Shown here one piece after another: positions 29,630 to 42,955 of a stretch of DNA of 64,000 nt. Each line of letters starts with the position of its first letter. Within the stretch, counting starts at the first letter, position 1. The DNA comes from Eledone cirrhosa (Eukaryota), in contig OZ024750.1 in the NCBI GenBank assembly GCA_964016885.1, positions 47,120,001-47,184,000 on the forward strand. Direction: 5' to 3'. The notes beneath the pieces are model-generated. The model had not been told where the DNA came from. It was given only the letters and a program-made list of their open reading frames with translations, and ran no database searches. Both the position numbers and the translations under genes were made by a program.

Positions 29630-29818
29630 TGTTTCGCCAATCCACACAAAGCCACCAATTATCCCAGTATATTACTGGTACTTTATTTTATCGACCCGGT
29701 AAGGATGAAAGGCAAAGTTAACCTCGGCGAGATTTGAACTCAGAATAGCAAGGGCCGTAACTCTATACATCAAAGCATGGCGTCCGACCCTCTACCGATA
29801 GGGCCAATCCACCGCCCT
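29630..29818 (-). mobile_element. tRNA-SINE
   Basis: Consensus body; flanked by CGTGGGTCATAATAAT repeats. Confidence 0.88.
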
Positions 29819-29843
29819 GGATTATGGCGTGGGTCATAATAAT

Positions 29844-30028
29844 GGTTTCTTATATAGGCGCAAGTCAAGCAATTTTGGGGGAGGGGAAGTCGATTAGATC
29901 GACCCCTGTGCGCGAATAGTACTTTATGTTATCAACCCCGTAAGGATGAAAGGCAAGGTTAATCTTGGTGGGATTCGAACTTAGATCACAAAGGGCCGTA
30001 ACTCTATGCTGCAAAGCATTGCATCCGT
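29844..30028 (-). mobile_element. tRNA-SINE, longer subfamily, 5'-truncated
   Basis: Extra GGGGGAGGGGAAGTCGATTAGATCGACCCC segment. Confidence 0.85.
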
Positions 30029-30989
30029 GACGTGGGTCATGATAATGATTTGCTTTATATAAACAGCATATGTACGTTCTGAATTCAATTATCATCGAGT
30101 TTAAAATTACTTTCATCTTTCCACCATTGATGAAATATTCTACCAGTCATATTTTAACGTCATTTTAATCCACGAATCTAATCCCCAGCTTTCTGGCCTT
30201 ATGCCGAAGTTCGAAACAATTATTACAAAAACTATTGAACAATTAAGAATATTTCTTATGGTAATATCGGAGAATATATTGAAATTTGTTATCTCTATTG
30301 GAAAATTTCCATATTTTAGAAAGTAAAAAACAAAACTACTATTTGTATGTATTTTAACAGTATTTGTTTACATTTAATGCTCCATCGCCAAGATTTAAGA
30401 TAGCTTAGGGTCTAAAAAATATATGGCTGAGAAAAACAAATATTTGGTCAATTTTCAATGAGTTTGTATAATATTTAAAATAAACAATATGTACTAAATA
30501 ATCCAAACAAAGCCAATTTCGTATGGAAGGAACAGTCAACACAAAGTATCTAGTCATTGTTTCTGGTACTGTTGTTTTTATTTAGCCCCATTCGAGCTAA
30601 GAATGTTTAGATAACGAGTAAACGTATTCCAGTGTAATTTCAGACATTATCTAAGACTGCACTCTCTCAAATATATTTCAACTTTATAGACACAAGGTTT
30701 CACTTTTGTTTTCAGAAACACATACGTACAAAATGACTGGTTAGATCGTAAAAATAATTGATTTCAATAATAGAAAATGTTCAAATATCTGCAAAGAGAA
30801 AACAGTGTGATTAAAACAAGTATTTGACTGGTATCTAGTAAATCGATAAAAGATCGATAAAGGCTAATTTAATTTCGGTGTGATTTGGATTTCTACACAT
30901 GTTTTACTGCTGCCGTGACAACAGAGCCAACTCTGACCACTATAAAAGTAATAACTGGGAGCAGCGAACATAATTTGTATTTGTGACCC

Positions 30990-31576
30990 GGAACGTCATC
31001 TGGGAGCTACTAGTTGATCCCAGGATTGTGCTCATGCCGGCACTGCACATTAAGTTGGGGTTGATGAAGCAGTTTCTGAAGGCTCTCAACCAAGAATCAA
31101 CCGCTTTTAAGTACCTTCTTTAGTTATTCCCCAAGTTTTCTGGGGCCAAATCAAAGGTGGAATTTTTGTTGGACCTCAGATAAAGAAGGTGTTTGAGTCT
31201 ACCGAGTTCTCCAATAAGCTCAATAGGATTGAGAGAACAGCATGGAACTATTTCAAGGCAGATGTTAAGGGCTTCCTGGGGAAACTACAGAGCTAAATTC
31301 TACCAGCAACTGGTGCAGGATCTTATAAAGGCTTTTGGCGCCATGGGATGCAGGATGTCGCTTAAACTCCATATGCTGGACGCTGACCTGGAAGAATTCA
31401 AGGACAATATGGGCGCCTACTCAGAAGAACAAGGCGAACGATTCCACCAAGATGTGAATGAGATAGAGCGGAGGTACCAGGGCCACTACAATGAAAAACT
31501 GATGGGGGATTATATACTAGTGCGGGAATGCGACCTGGACTACAACCGTAAATCCAGGAAATCCAGTCATTTCTGA
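30990..31576 (+). pseudogene. Chapaev3-like transposase C-terminal fragment
   Basis: LHIKLGLMKQFLKAL, GIFVGPQI, GCRMSLKLH, GAYSEEQGERFHQD...ERRYQG motifs across frameshifts. Confidence 0.8.
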
Positions 31577-31856
31577 CGTGTTTAAGTTGCTTTATAAGTG
31601 TTATTTGGTTTTACTTGTTTGCTTTTGATAAGCTTGTGTAATAAAATTAATATATCCTCTGTTGATTTAATTATATGAACAGATAAATTTTAAAAATATG
31701 TGTTTTCTCTTGAAAAATAAGAAAATTTCGAAATATCAAACTCCTGAAAGCAAACCCAAACTCCTAATTAAATAATAGTGTTTTTTTAAATAATAATCGA
31801 ATATAACAAACCAGGAATTGACACTTAGAACCGGGGAAAAAATATGTTACACGGTG
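30990..31856 (+). mobile_element. 3' part of a Chapaev3-like (CMC) DNA transposon
   Basis: Transposase remnant followed by a terminus-like TGTTACACGGTG|TAA at 31845-31859. Confidence 0.7.
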
Positions 31857-33349
31857 TAATTAGATGTCTGATTAGAAAGACTCATAACATTGCTGTGATT
31901 GCAAAGAGGCAACATTTCGAACAGTCGATGCTTCTTCATTTTGCATGTGAGGCAGCTGCAAGTATGTGATGTCTCCTAGGACATAATTGTAGGATTAGTG
32001 TGTGTGAAGCATAAATCCTCGTGTGGGCAGACACATGAACACTTAATGTATATTCAGCATTCTACCATTGTAAATCAAACTGGCAAGCTACTGATGTGCG
32101 CAACCCCAGTGGTGCGTGACTACATTGACTAGGCCATTATCTGTGCGTAGACAATTCGGGGACATTCATTCACTACGGGAGAGTTTAGAGCCCGCAGGAA
32201 AGGCCTCAGGGAGGTTGACATTCGTTTGAGCACTTTCGTATTTCTGTTGCCAGTTTGCTCTCCACGTCTGAAGCAAGTTAATATCCAAATATCACAGCTT
32301 CGCTGCATGACAGAAGTAAGCGTTTTGTGACGTTCGGCGATACTATTACAGTGGCTGCAAATCATCAACCATGTAATGAAACGGATAACTATATGTCTGA
32401 AACTTTCTAGAGAAGAGTGTAGGTGCAATGCCTGAGAGTACAGGTAGATACTCAGAAAGGAACTATATAAACCTACATGGCATTCCTAGATATTACATTT
32501 TGAAAAAAAACATTTTTTATCCCTATGTCTTAGCACAAGGTTAAATAAGGCGGCTAATTGGCGTATTGCCAGAATCATTAGACCACCATATAGAACACGC
32601 TACATATCATGTTGTCGAGGTTATTAACTAAATCATGAATCTAGATTTATATTCAATTATAGAAGAAGAATATAAGAAATATGTTAACATTTCGATTTGG
32701 GTTTACTCCTTTAAAGTTAAATCATAATGGTCGACCTTACGTCATGACAGCATCCCGAAAACGTTAGCAGTATATAATGTAAAGAGCCAGGGATACTAAG
32801 TTAATGATGGCTTACTCTTTATATTACGAATTATGTTCTATATATATATAAAAAAAATAAATCAAAATAAAGTCAAATCATACGACACTTAAATTTCAAA
32901 CCAATTTAGGAGGTGTTCTTTCATTTTGCATTCTAGACATTTTTATAAGCAATAACTATATTCGATTGATTACATAAAGTGTCAGAAAATATTTTCATCC
33001 GTCTACTGTTTTTACAGAAATCAATGCTTTTCAAATACAGTATAGCCAAGAATGTCTATTGTCATGTCTTTTATCGAAAAGTTATTCAGTTTTCATTTCC
33101 TTCTTTCTGTTTAAACGGTGCTAAAGTAATGTAGTAATTTCTTGTTAGTTAAAAGACTTCGACACTACTTTCTATATAGAGGGAACAAATAAAAGAAGAA
33201 AAAACAAATACACAAATAGGCAAAATGGTATTATAAATTATAACTTCCAGGCATTGAGGAAAAATGGTTCAAACATAAATCTATATTCACTCTGTCCTGT
33301 ATTTTTATTTCTATGGCAATTCTTCTTTCAAGAAAGGTTGAACGAAAAT

Positions 33350-33392
<43 letters not shown>

Positions 33393-33943
33393 CACATACA
33401 CACACACACACGCACACATATATATATATATATATATATAATTATATATAATTACGAATGTATTGTGTAAGCCAGAAAAATGCGAATAGAAAATATAATG
33501 GTGGAACGAGAGGAGAGTAAACGTAGAACAACACAAAACAATAGTTTTTGCCGTACATTAAATATTTCAGCGTAAGACACTCTTTATCAAATGTGGATAT
33601 TAGCTGGGGTTTCTCTGATGAGTTTTCAGTTGCTGTGGGACTTATCGATCCCCGTGTTCAAATTAAATGCAAACACTTGAGCTTCCTCTACAAAAGCAAA
33701 TAATTGAATATATATTACACCAAATATATTGAGGTGAGCAAAGAGCGCTGAGAAGGGCCCTTTGTATGCACTTGTTAACCTTTTCTTAACAACAGGTCTG
33801 AACTACACAAGACAGACTGGCTTTTTGGACCAGTCTGCAAAAGTGACCCTTCTACTCCCTGACTGCAAACAGACTACTGGGCAACAGCACAACAGTGTAT
33901 AACTCACGAGAATAAAACTCTCACATATACGTTACAACAGCAG

Positions 33944-34174
<231 letters not shown>

Positions 34175-34219
34175 ATACACATGTATATACACACACATAT
34201 CTCTCTCTCTCTCTCTCTC

Positions 34220-34276
<57 letters not shown>

Positions 34277-35013
34277 TGTATACACAAAGAGCGTGCGCGA
34301 GAGAGATTGTGTAAATTTGCAAGTGAGAGACTCTCACATTCTAAATATATCCATGAAAGAGTGTTCTCTCTATTATTTGAAACCGTGACTTACAATTTAA
34401 TTTGAAACAATCAGCGATGAATTGTGTGAATTTCCTACAGTCAACTTCAAGCCTATTGGAATATGGAAGCACAGTTAATAATATAATTATATAGTTTCTT
34501 GGTGAAGACATTCAACTTCCGGTTCATGCTATTTGTATGGTGCAACGTGTTGGATCATAATCATTCAAAAGCTGAAACTACTTCAGTTATTTTAGAATTC
34601 TTCCCTTCATTAAATTGGACATGTTTGAAGAGAATGCTACCAGCGTATATACAATTATCTATCGCCAGAAGATTTTAGCTGTGATATGTTTTATTCTGCA
34701 ATTATTGACGTTGCATGTCACAGAGAATTTGTACATTCTTTGTTACTTCGTAGTAACAGCTTAGACATGCAATGTCAAACTGAAGTGGTAGAGTAATTGG
34801 AGTGCTATGGTTCTGCCTGGACACTGCGTTGGACATTTATCCCTCATATCTATAATAGCCGGTATTTCAATTTGGCAGATATTCTACTTCGTCTATCAAT
34901 ACGCTATCGTACTGTAGATGAAGGAACTACGCCAAAAAATGTGTCGGTTTATCGAACAGAGAATGGAGGAACACATCCATACGCACACACACACGCACAC
35001 ACACACACACACG

Positions 35014-35056
<43 letters not shown>

Positions 35057-35064
<8 letters not shown>

Positions 35065-35505
35065 AAAGTTTGTCCTTCATCAGTGATTTTCCAACTATCA
35101 TAGGCATTTCATCGCTTTAAAGACCATATACCTCCGGTTGGTGCGAGCAACGGCTAAAAAAAGTCGTTGGGACACGTAAATAAAGGGGACGCGAGGGTAA
35201 ACACACAAAATGGTGAGGCAACAGAAAGTGAGGAAGAAGGAGACAAGTCCCAGATTTCTATGAATTTAAGTTCGGTGAAATCGTGAACGAGAGAATAAAG
35301 ACCATCAAACCTGGTTGAAATGTGAGCATTTTGTTTGTTTACCCTCGCGTCCCCTTTATTTACGTGTCCCAACGACTTTTTTTAGCCGTGGCTCGCACCA
35401 ACCGGAGGTATATGGTCTTTAAAGCCTATGATAGTTGGAAGATCACTGATGAAGGACAAACATTTTTCATATGTAACCCATTTGCAACTCCGCAGCGCCC
35501 TTATT

Positions 35506-35510
<5 letters not shown>
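35057..35510. repeat. Inverted repeat (35057-35212 / 35327-35473) in (TA)n, probable PLE terminus (family G)
   Basis: ~150-bp arms with a 114-bp spacer; CTGATGAAGG present but no downstream GAAA core. Confidence 0.75.
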
Positions 35511-35543
<33 letters not shown>

Positions 35544-35691
35544 TTTATTAAAATAAGAGATTAAAGTTTAAGCAAAGAATCGCTGCTTTCACCCTTAACG
35601 GGATCTATTTGCTCTACGGTTCTGATATATTTGATATATATTTATCCTTATCGAGCCCTCTTTGGATTTTAGTCTTCAAATTTATTATTAT

Positions 35692-35727
<36 letters not shown>

Positions 35728-35854
35728 GATGTAGGAGATGAGTTTTATTGTAGCACGATAAAGCAATGCAAATGTCGGATAAGTAGCACTCAAAACTTTA
35801 TTGGAATGGGGTATATATAAGAAGAAATTAAAAGATGGTTAAACAAGTTCCATG

Positions 35855-35925
35855 TATTTTATTATGCGCATTTCAAAAACAAATATCATCCATGGACGAT
35901 ATTTGCGTTCTCATCAGATAAAATA
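35855..35925 (-). ncRNA. Hammerhead ribozyme (family B)
   Basis: TATTTTAT-CTGATGA-stem II-GAAATGCGCATA^ATAAAATA. Confidence 0.8.
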
Positions 35926-35957
35926 GGGAGACATGATATGAAGCTTTAAAAAAACAC

Positions 35958-36022
35958 TTTATCTGATGAGGACGCAAATATCGTCCCTGGGTGATATTTG
36001 TTTCTGAAATGCGCATAATAAA
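35958..36022 (+). ncRNA. Hammerhead ribozyme (family B)
   Basis: TTTAT-CTGATGA-GGACGCAAATATCG..TGATATTTGTTTCT-GAAATGCGCATA^ATAAA. Confidence 0.8.
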
Positions 36023-36425
36023 ATAGATGGAACTTGTTTAACCATCTTTTAATTTCTTATATATATATATTTATTAAAATAACAGATTAAAGTTTAAGCA
36101 AAAAATCGGTGCTTTCACCCTTAACGGGACCTTCCCGTTTAGGGTGAAAGCAGCGATTGTTTGCTTAAACTTTAATCTGTTATTTTAATAAATATTTGCT
36201 CTACGGTTCTTATAGATTAGATATATATTTATCCTTATCGAGCCCTCTTTAGATTTTAGTCTTCAAATTTATTATTATTACTATATACATATATATATAT
36301 ATGTAGGAGGTGAGTTTTATTGTAGTACAATAAAGCAATGCAGATATCGGATAAGAAGCACTCTACAGTTTGTAGGACTGGAGTATACATAATATAAGAT
36401 CAAAAGATGGTTAAAGGAGTTCCAT

Positions 36426-36497
36426 GTATTTTATTATGCGCATTTCAAAAACAAACATCATCATGCAATAATATTTGTGTTTTCATCAGATAAAACA
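36426..36497 (-). ncRNA. Hammerhead ribozyme (family B)
   Basis: Same architecture. Confidence 0.8.
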
Positions 36498-36661
36498 GGA
36501 GAACATGATATGAAGGCTAAAAAACACTTGTGAATAGTGCAGTTTTAAATCAGCATATGTTGATTTAAAATTGCACTATCCACAAGTGTTTTAAATCAAC
36601 ATATGTTGATTTAAAACTGCACTATCCACAAGTGATTTTTAGCCTTCATATCATGTTCTCC

Positions 36662-36732
36662 TGTTTTATCTGATGAAAACACAAATATTATTGCATGATG
36701 ATGTTTGTTTTTGAAATGCGCATAATAAAATA
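36662..36732 (+). ncRNA. Hammerhead ribozyme (family B)
   Basis: TGTTTTAT-CTGATGA-AAACACAAATATTA..TGATGTTTGTTTTT-GAAATGCGCATA^ATAAAATA. Confidence 0.8.
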
Positions 36733-36968
36733 CATGGAACTCCTTTAACCATCTGTTGATCTTATATTACATATATATATATATATATATATAAATGGAA
36801 TAGAATGAAACGAAATTTCATTTCTCACTCTTAGTACGGCACTTACTTAAATGTAAGTATATATGTATGTATACGTACATACATATATGTATACAGACGT
36901 ACAGTAGTATGTATATGTATATATACATGCACACACATATATATATGCACGTGTCGATGCACATTATC

Positions 36969-37610
36969 GATGGCACACGCTCTCTCTCTCTGTCTCTCTC
37001 TCTCGCGTGATGCACTTATTATATATTGTATTTTAAAGAACTCAGGATTCCTTTTCCATTGAGCACATAATTTACAGGGAATAACGAAGGTCTATGGCTC
37101 CGTTAATTTATCTTGATATTTCCCTCCTTATAACAGTCTTTCCTCTCTCTGTTTGGTTGAGCACATCTTTTTGAGTGTTTTCGGGCTGTCATTTCTAGCT
37201 CGGCCCTCAGATACCACTGGTTCACTATCTTATGGACGCTGTCACATCCCTCTGCCGCATGTGGCAGGACGGTTATCTAATATTTTCTTAGAGTTGTCTT
37301 ACAAACGCTGATGAACCATAGTCGCTTCCATTTCAATCAATAATTTCTTGGCGAAAACGATCTCTTTGGATTCGTACGTGTGTGTTATATAGATATAGAG
37401 GTGCGTATATACATTTTAATTTATATTTTTAATTATTGTGTGTCTACACAGCCTTCCATAGGTTATAGATTCCATACACTGGTGGTTTCCCTGTTTTAAT
37501 GATGGCACACGCTCTGTCTCTCTCCCATATTGTATTTTAAAGAGCTCAGGATTCCTTTTCCTTTGAGCACATACAGGGAATAACGAGTCTATGGCTCCGT
37601 TAATTCATCT

Positions 37611-37614
<4 letters not shown>
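36969..37614. repeat. Direct repeat (36969-37118 / 37501-37614) enclosing a degenerate HHR-like motif at ~37302-37369
   Basis: GATGGCACACGCTCT...CTCAGGATTCCTTTTCC.TTGAGCACATA...CTATGGCTCCGTTAATT.ATCTTGATA occurs twice. Confidence 0.75.
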
Positions 37615-37670
<56 letters not shown>

Positions 37671-37675
37671 ATAAT

Positions 37676-37828
37676 AATAATAATAATAATAAATTTGAAG
37701 ACTAAAATCCAAAGAGGGCTCGATAAGGATAAATATATAATAAATATATAAGAACCGTAGAGCAAATATTTATTATATTTTCTTGTCTGGAGTTGTCTGG
37801 AATAATCTGTTATTTTAATAAATATATA
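37676..37828 (-). mobile_element. Family H terminus, inverted relative to the 35.5/36.1-kb copies
   Basis: AAATTTGAAGACTAAAATCCAAAGAGGGCTCGATAAGGATAAATAT is the reverse complement of 35638-35683. Confidence 0.75.
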
Positions 37829-37855
37829 TAATTTATATATATATATATATACACG

Positions 37856-37906
<51 letters not shown>

Positions 37907-37909
37907 TTT

Positions 37910-38488
37910 TGAGTATATGTTGGTTGTATACCAACACCTCAGTTTGCAGCCTGGAGCACTCGACGAAGTGCTCAGGTTGGTTTGGTTACTCCGGAGTAAT
38001 GTAAAATAAAGTTAAATAAAAAGTCAAATGTTTAAAATGTAGCTTCGTTTATTACTGCTATATTATATTTCAGTGACAGCCATATTTTGCTCTGACCTCT
38101 TCAGGTAGTCCGAATTAGTGCAGAATAGACACTTGTCTATACTTGTATTAACTAACACCTTGTCCCTTCTACCACTTTATCAATTTTTTAGCTAACTCCA
38201 ACAATAACAACACTTAGAATGTTCTAACAACTTACCAATGAGAGGAGAAGAGGCCCTTTGACACTGAAATTCGTTTGTTTGAATTCATATGATTCCAGTT
38301 CCTCAGTGAAATAACAACTCAACGAGGAACTGGGCATATCAGAGTATTGAGAATATTATACACCTCAACAGCATATGTACTCGTCTCTACCACACTAATT
38401 CGGACTGCCTGAAGATGGCTTTCACTGAAATATATATAGCAGTAATAAACGAAGCTAAATTTTAAACATTTTACTTTTTATTTAACTT

Positions 38489-38491
<3 letters not shown>
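37910..38491. mobile_element. PLE terminus family E with inverted arms (38004-38121 / 38391-38491) and two HHR motifs (38054-38109 minus; 38404-38443 plus)
   Basis: ACTGC-CTGAAGA-..-CACT-GAAA-TATATA-TA^GCAGT; TA flanks. Confidence 0.7.
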
Positions 38492-38570
<79 letters not shown>

Positions 38571-39726
38571 CATATATGTGTATACTCTGGGAATGTATCC
38601 TACATGACCTATTGAGTACGCTGAGATACAACCGGTCCTGGCATTGATAAATAGTCTGGGTCCGTAAACTCCTTATATAAATATATATAGATAGATTTTA
38701 CTTATTTATACACTAGTGAGTTTGCGTTTATATTCACATGGAATTATATATGTACGTGTGTGTATAGGTGTGTTTGTATAATATATTATTTTCTGTATAC
38801 ACCTCAGCTTAATGACGGCATTTGTGAGTGAATACAATACGTTTTTCATAGCTTTCAGAGATTTCTGACAGAGCGGTTGTATGGCGCTTTGTTCTGTCGT
38901 GGTTTTGAGTGAAGCACAATTATCTATTCAGTAAGACATTTATATCATTTACGAATATCAATTATAAATATCTTTAGGGAATTTAAGAATGAGTACATTT
39001 ACAAGCAATAATACATTATATTTCAAATCTGAACAGAAATTTATATTACTGTTTTATGAGAATTACTGGAAATGGAAGAGCAAGTATTATGAAGATACCA
39101 TAAAGATGTTTTTAGAAAAATTAAAATAAAACATATAATAGATGGTGGAATACAGAATGGATTTAGAAGTGATTGATAAACTAATATAAAGAAATGGAAT
39201 GTTATAGATATCCGTCGATTTTAACGATGAATGCATTAGTTTTTCGATCAACGAAACATTCTTCTCGTGAAATTAACGTGAAAGCGACTTCGCATTCTAC
39301 TGACACAGTTCTGCTAAAGGTAATTCCCTGGAAAAGTCACAAGGATTTTCATTTGAATCACAAGCATATCTTTTCATATTGTTCGGTCCGCAATATATTG
39401 AATCCTTAGTGCCAATAACATATATAATACTAAAATGATGTGGTTGCTTGTTTGTTTGGCTGTAATGTAATACAGCCAAAAGGGTGAACATTGGGAAAAG
39501 ACTTCGAAAGGAAGTTGACTCTGAAATTGTAATACAAATGGAATGGAACAAGTTTCGCGTGAATATAAGCACGGGTTCACGAGATATGGGGTTTACTGGG
39601 TACCTTCATAAACAGAGATAGAGAGATCGAAGGATAGAGAGAAAGATATAGTGGTTGTGTATATATATATATGTGTGAGTGTATATATATATATATATAT
39701 ATATATTGATAAAAAGAATTCCAACT

Positions 39727-40067
39727 TTGTCTGATTTACTCAATTTATTTACAATTCTTTAACATGTATAATGGTATTAGAAAGAAATAGTATGGTATAA
39801 TATTAAATATTAAGTGTTAATTGAACAAGTAATTTCATGCTTTCGCGATCTTCAGGTTTATATTCTGTTGTGACAGTTAAGTTTGCAATTTTCAACTGTG
39901 AAAATTGCAAACTTGACTGACACCACAGAATATGAACCTGAAGATTGCGAAAGCATGAAAGTACTTGTCAATTAAGACTTAACATTTTATATTCTACCTT
40001 ACTATTTCATTATAATACCATTATACATTTTAAAGGATTGTAAATAAAACGAGTAAATCAGACAAAG
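39727..40067. mobile_element. PLE terminus family F: diverged 340-bp hairpin with two minimal HHRs (39822-39860 minus; 39933-39971 plus)
   Basis: TGAAC-CTGAAGA-TTGC GAAA GCAT-GAAA-GTAC-TT^GT(T)CA; centre at ~39897. Confidence 0.75.
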
Positions 40068-40117
40068 TGGGAATTCATTTTATTAATATAATCTTCTATA
40101 CACAACCATACACGCCC

Positions 40118-40228
<111 letters not shown>

Positions 40229-40309
40229 TGCGTGTGTGTCTATCACCAGTGTATATAGATAACAGACACCCACATATATATATACACACACACATTTATA
40301 TATATACAT

Positions 40310-40373
<64 letters not shown>

Positions 40374-40521
40374 CTGTGCATATTTTAACTATTTAGAAAT
40401 TATTCTGAAGTGAACATGATTTATTAAACATATTTTGAAGTTAACTTTACCCAACTGGTCACGGGTGGTCTAGTTCTTCTTCTTATAATCATTATTACTA
40501 TTATTATTATTATTATTATTA

Positions 40522-40635
40522 TAGTTCAAATCCCGTCGAGGTTAACTTTGACTTTCATCCTTACGGCGTCGATAAAATAAAGTACCAGTAATGTACTGGG
40601 TCATTGCTGGCCTTGTGCCAAAAGTAGAAATAATA
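40522..40635 (+). mobile_element. tRNA-SINE, 5'-truncated, in an (ATT)n/(AAT)n tract
   Basis: B-box to tail match the consensus. Confidence 0.85.
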
Positions 40636-40679
40636 ATAATAATAATAATAATAATTATTATTATTATTATTAGTATTAC

Positions 40680-40900
40680 TGGGTTGGTGGATTGGCAGTA
40701 TCGGTGGAACGTCGGGACAACATGCTACGCAATAAAGACTTATGCTCTTTACATTCCAAATTGAATTCCTATCAAGGTCAGCTTTGCCTTTTATCCTAAC
40801 GGGTCGATAACATAACGCACATGTAATGCACTGACGTTTATTTCATCGATTTTCCCCCCAACCTACAGAAGTGCTGGCCTTGTGCCTAAATCAAAAGCCA
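40680..40900 (+). mobile_element. tRNA-SINE, longer subfamily, diverged
   Basis: GGTGGATTGGCAGTATCGG head; GCTGGCCTTGTGCCTAAA tail. Confidence 0.75.
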
Positions 40901-41120
40901 ATATGTTTAGTAGTATTAAATCTTCTGTGTGCAGCATGGAAAGCCTCTTTGATAAAAAATACCTGTTAACGCGTATACAAAAATATCAGTGAAAAGTATT
41001 TAAATAAAATATAGACAACGTAGAATATGTGAATGAAAAACAGGGACAATATTGATTGAATGAAGTGTGAAAATTTACATGTAACTCTTTTTATTCCCTT
41101 GTTTCTTTCCTACTGTAGAG

Positions 41121-41270
41121 TCATGGGGCTTAGTGGTTAGGGATGTTGGCCAACGATTGTAACATTTGAGTTAGATTCTTGGTGGTGGGTTCTACCTTTT
41201 AAGAAGACAATTTATCTCATGTTCCTCACCTAGAGAAAACATAGCTGTATCTTCATTTCAAAGGGTCAAT
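41121..41270 (+). mobile_element. Second, old tRNA-derived SINE family (degraded)
   Basis: GGCTTAGTGGTTAGG A-box and GAGTTAGATTC B-box-like segment. Confidence 0.4.
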
Positions 41271-42119
41271 CTTACCACATATTGAGTCATGCTGATATCC
41301 CATGAACATATCATTAATGATACACGTGCATTTGGAATGAAAAGCCTTTTACATTTACACACTTATTTCCAGAGCTTGTTGATCCAACAATGGAAGACTA
41401 GTCACCAAGCTATCGATTATCAAACACACACACGCACATAAACATACAGAAATCAGAAGATCTATACAGAGAATATGGAAACCTATGCAACGCAGTCAAG
41501 TGAATATTGACTGAAGCAGGGCTGAAAATGTGCACAAAGCTCTTAACACACTGTTTCTCCCCTCCTTTATTTGTATGCTTTTACATATTTGTTTCTTAAA
41601 GTATTACAAAAGCAGCAACTTAACACCATTAGCTTATACGTAGCCATGTACACTAGACTGGTTCTAGTCATAATCGTGTTTCTGCCACGAATCACTGAAG
41701 CAGGCATCCGTACTTTCTATTATAAAATAAGCTGACTCTTCAAACTATGTCGATAAATGCTTTATCGACTTCATTTTAAACATTATGAAAATGGGTAAAC
41801 GCAGTAGCACAATCTGAAATACTCTATTTATTCTTTATTTATACTTATTTTCTCAGACATGAATACCATTAAAAATGTTATATTGACTCGAATTATACAT
41901 ACGAATACATTATAGAAACAATTCTTTTAGAGTTGTGGTGATGATAGATACGTCATCGCTTTCCACGATAACCTTTCAAAATTAAACTTACCGTGTCTTA
42001 TTTTTCTATTAATATTACTTCAAAATTTTCTCTCTACGCTCTCTTTCTATCAATCTATCTCCCTCATTCTCTCTCTCTCTTTTTCTGATTATATATATAT
42101 ATATATATATATCTATCTC

Positions 42120-42210
<91 letters not shown>

Positions 42211-42309
42211 AAATATATATAAAAACAAATAACGAAACGAAATTAAACTTCGTTTCGTTTGTAACTCACTTTTGTATGACTGACGCTTAACATCTTTAAC
42301 TTAATTGTT

Positions 42310-42396
<87 letters not shown>

Positions 42397-42955
42397 CCAG
42401 GGAGTGTAACTGGGAGTTGCTATAGGTTCACCCGGGCGAGCACTCAATGTTTAGGTTCACTTCAGTGTCAGGGTCTAGAGCTTGACAGAGTGTATTATAG
42501 TGAAATAAGATAACAAGGACGATTGGTTACTCCTTCACTACGTTTATTGTCTGGTGACGAGCGTTTCGCCACTGATCAGCTCAACGTTCGATTTGTATCG
42601 ATCTGACCTGACTCTGTAACCCGCAGCTCTCCAGACCCCTTGTAATGTTAACGGAGGATAAAGTCAGAAGTTGCAATGTTGGTGATTAAAGTTTGTTTTG
42701 ATTGGTGGATTCATTCATAGGGATGTTTTTGCCTGTAGTGTATGTAGGGGTGGGGTGAAAAGTTGGTGGTGTCGTTCGCAGATTGAAGTGTGCTGTGATG
42801 CGGTGTTGCTGGCTGTCGATAGACAGTTGGGCTTGTAGATGTCGCTGATCTCTGTGTGTGATGTGGGTGTGGTGTTGTTGTTTGTGATAAAGATGAAAGG
42901 TTGCGGTGTTCATGGTGGTGTGATGATTATGTTCGTGGTTTCATTTCCAGAAGGA
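42397..42955 (-). mobile_element. PLE 3' terminus family K with HHR motif at 42553-42637
   Basis: GGT-CTGGAGA (A6G)-GCTGC...GTGGC-GAAA-CGCTCG-TC^ACC, then AATAAA and a tail ending in (TA)n. Confidence 0.6.

Larger units (their letters stand above)
35540..36770. mobile_element. Composite of PLE termini: family H - (TA)n - family B inverted pair, present twice
   Basis: H at 35540-35693 and 36067-36282; B at 35726-36060 and 36301-36770. Confidence 0.75.

Noticed and set aside
31900-32480. Moderate-GC block with a 99-aa minus-strand ORF; similar blocks at 23600-24360 and 39000-39600
   Set aside because: No motif recognised; could be ancient transposon debris or a small exon but cannot be supported without a search
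33545-33590. HHR-like traces on the minus strand, also at ~34915-34950 and ~62990-63015
   Set aside because: Two or more core positions are mutated; cannot be distinguished from chance by eye
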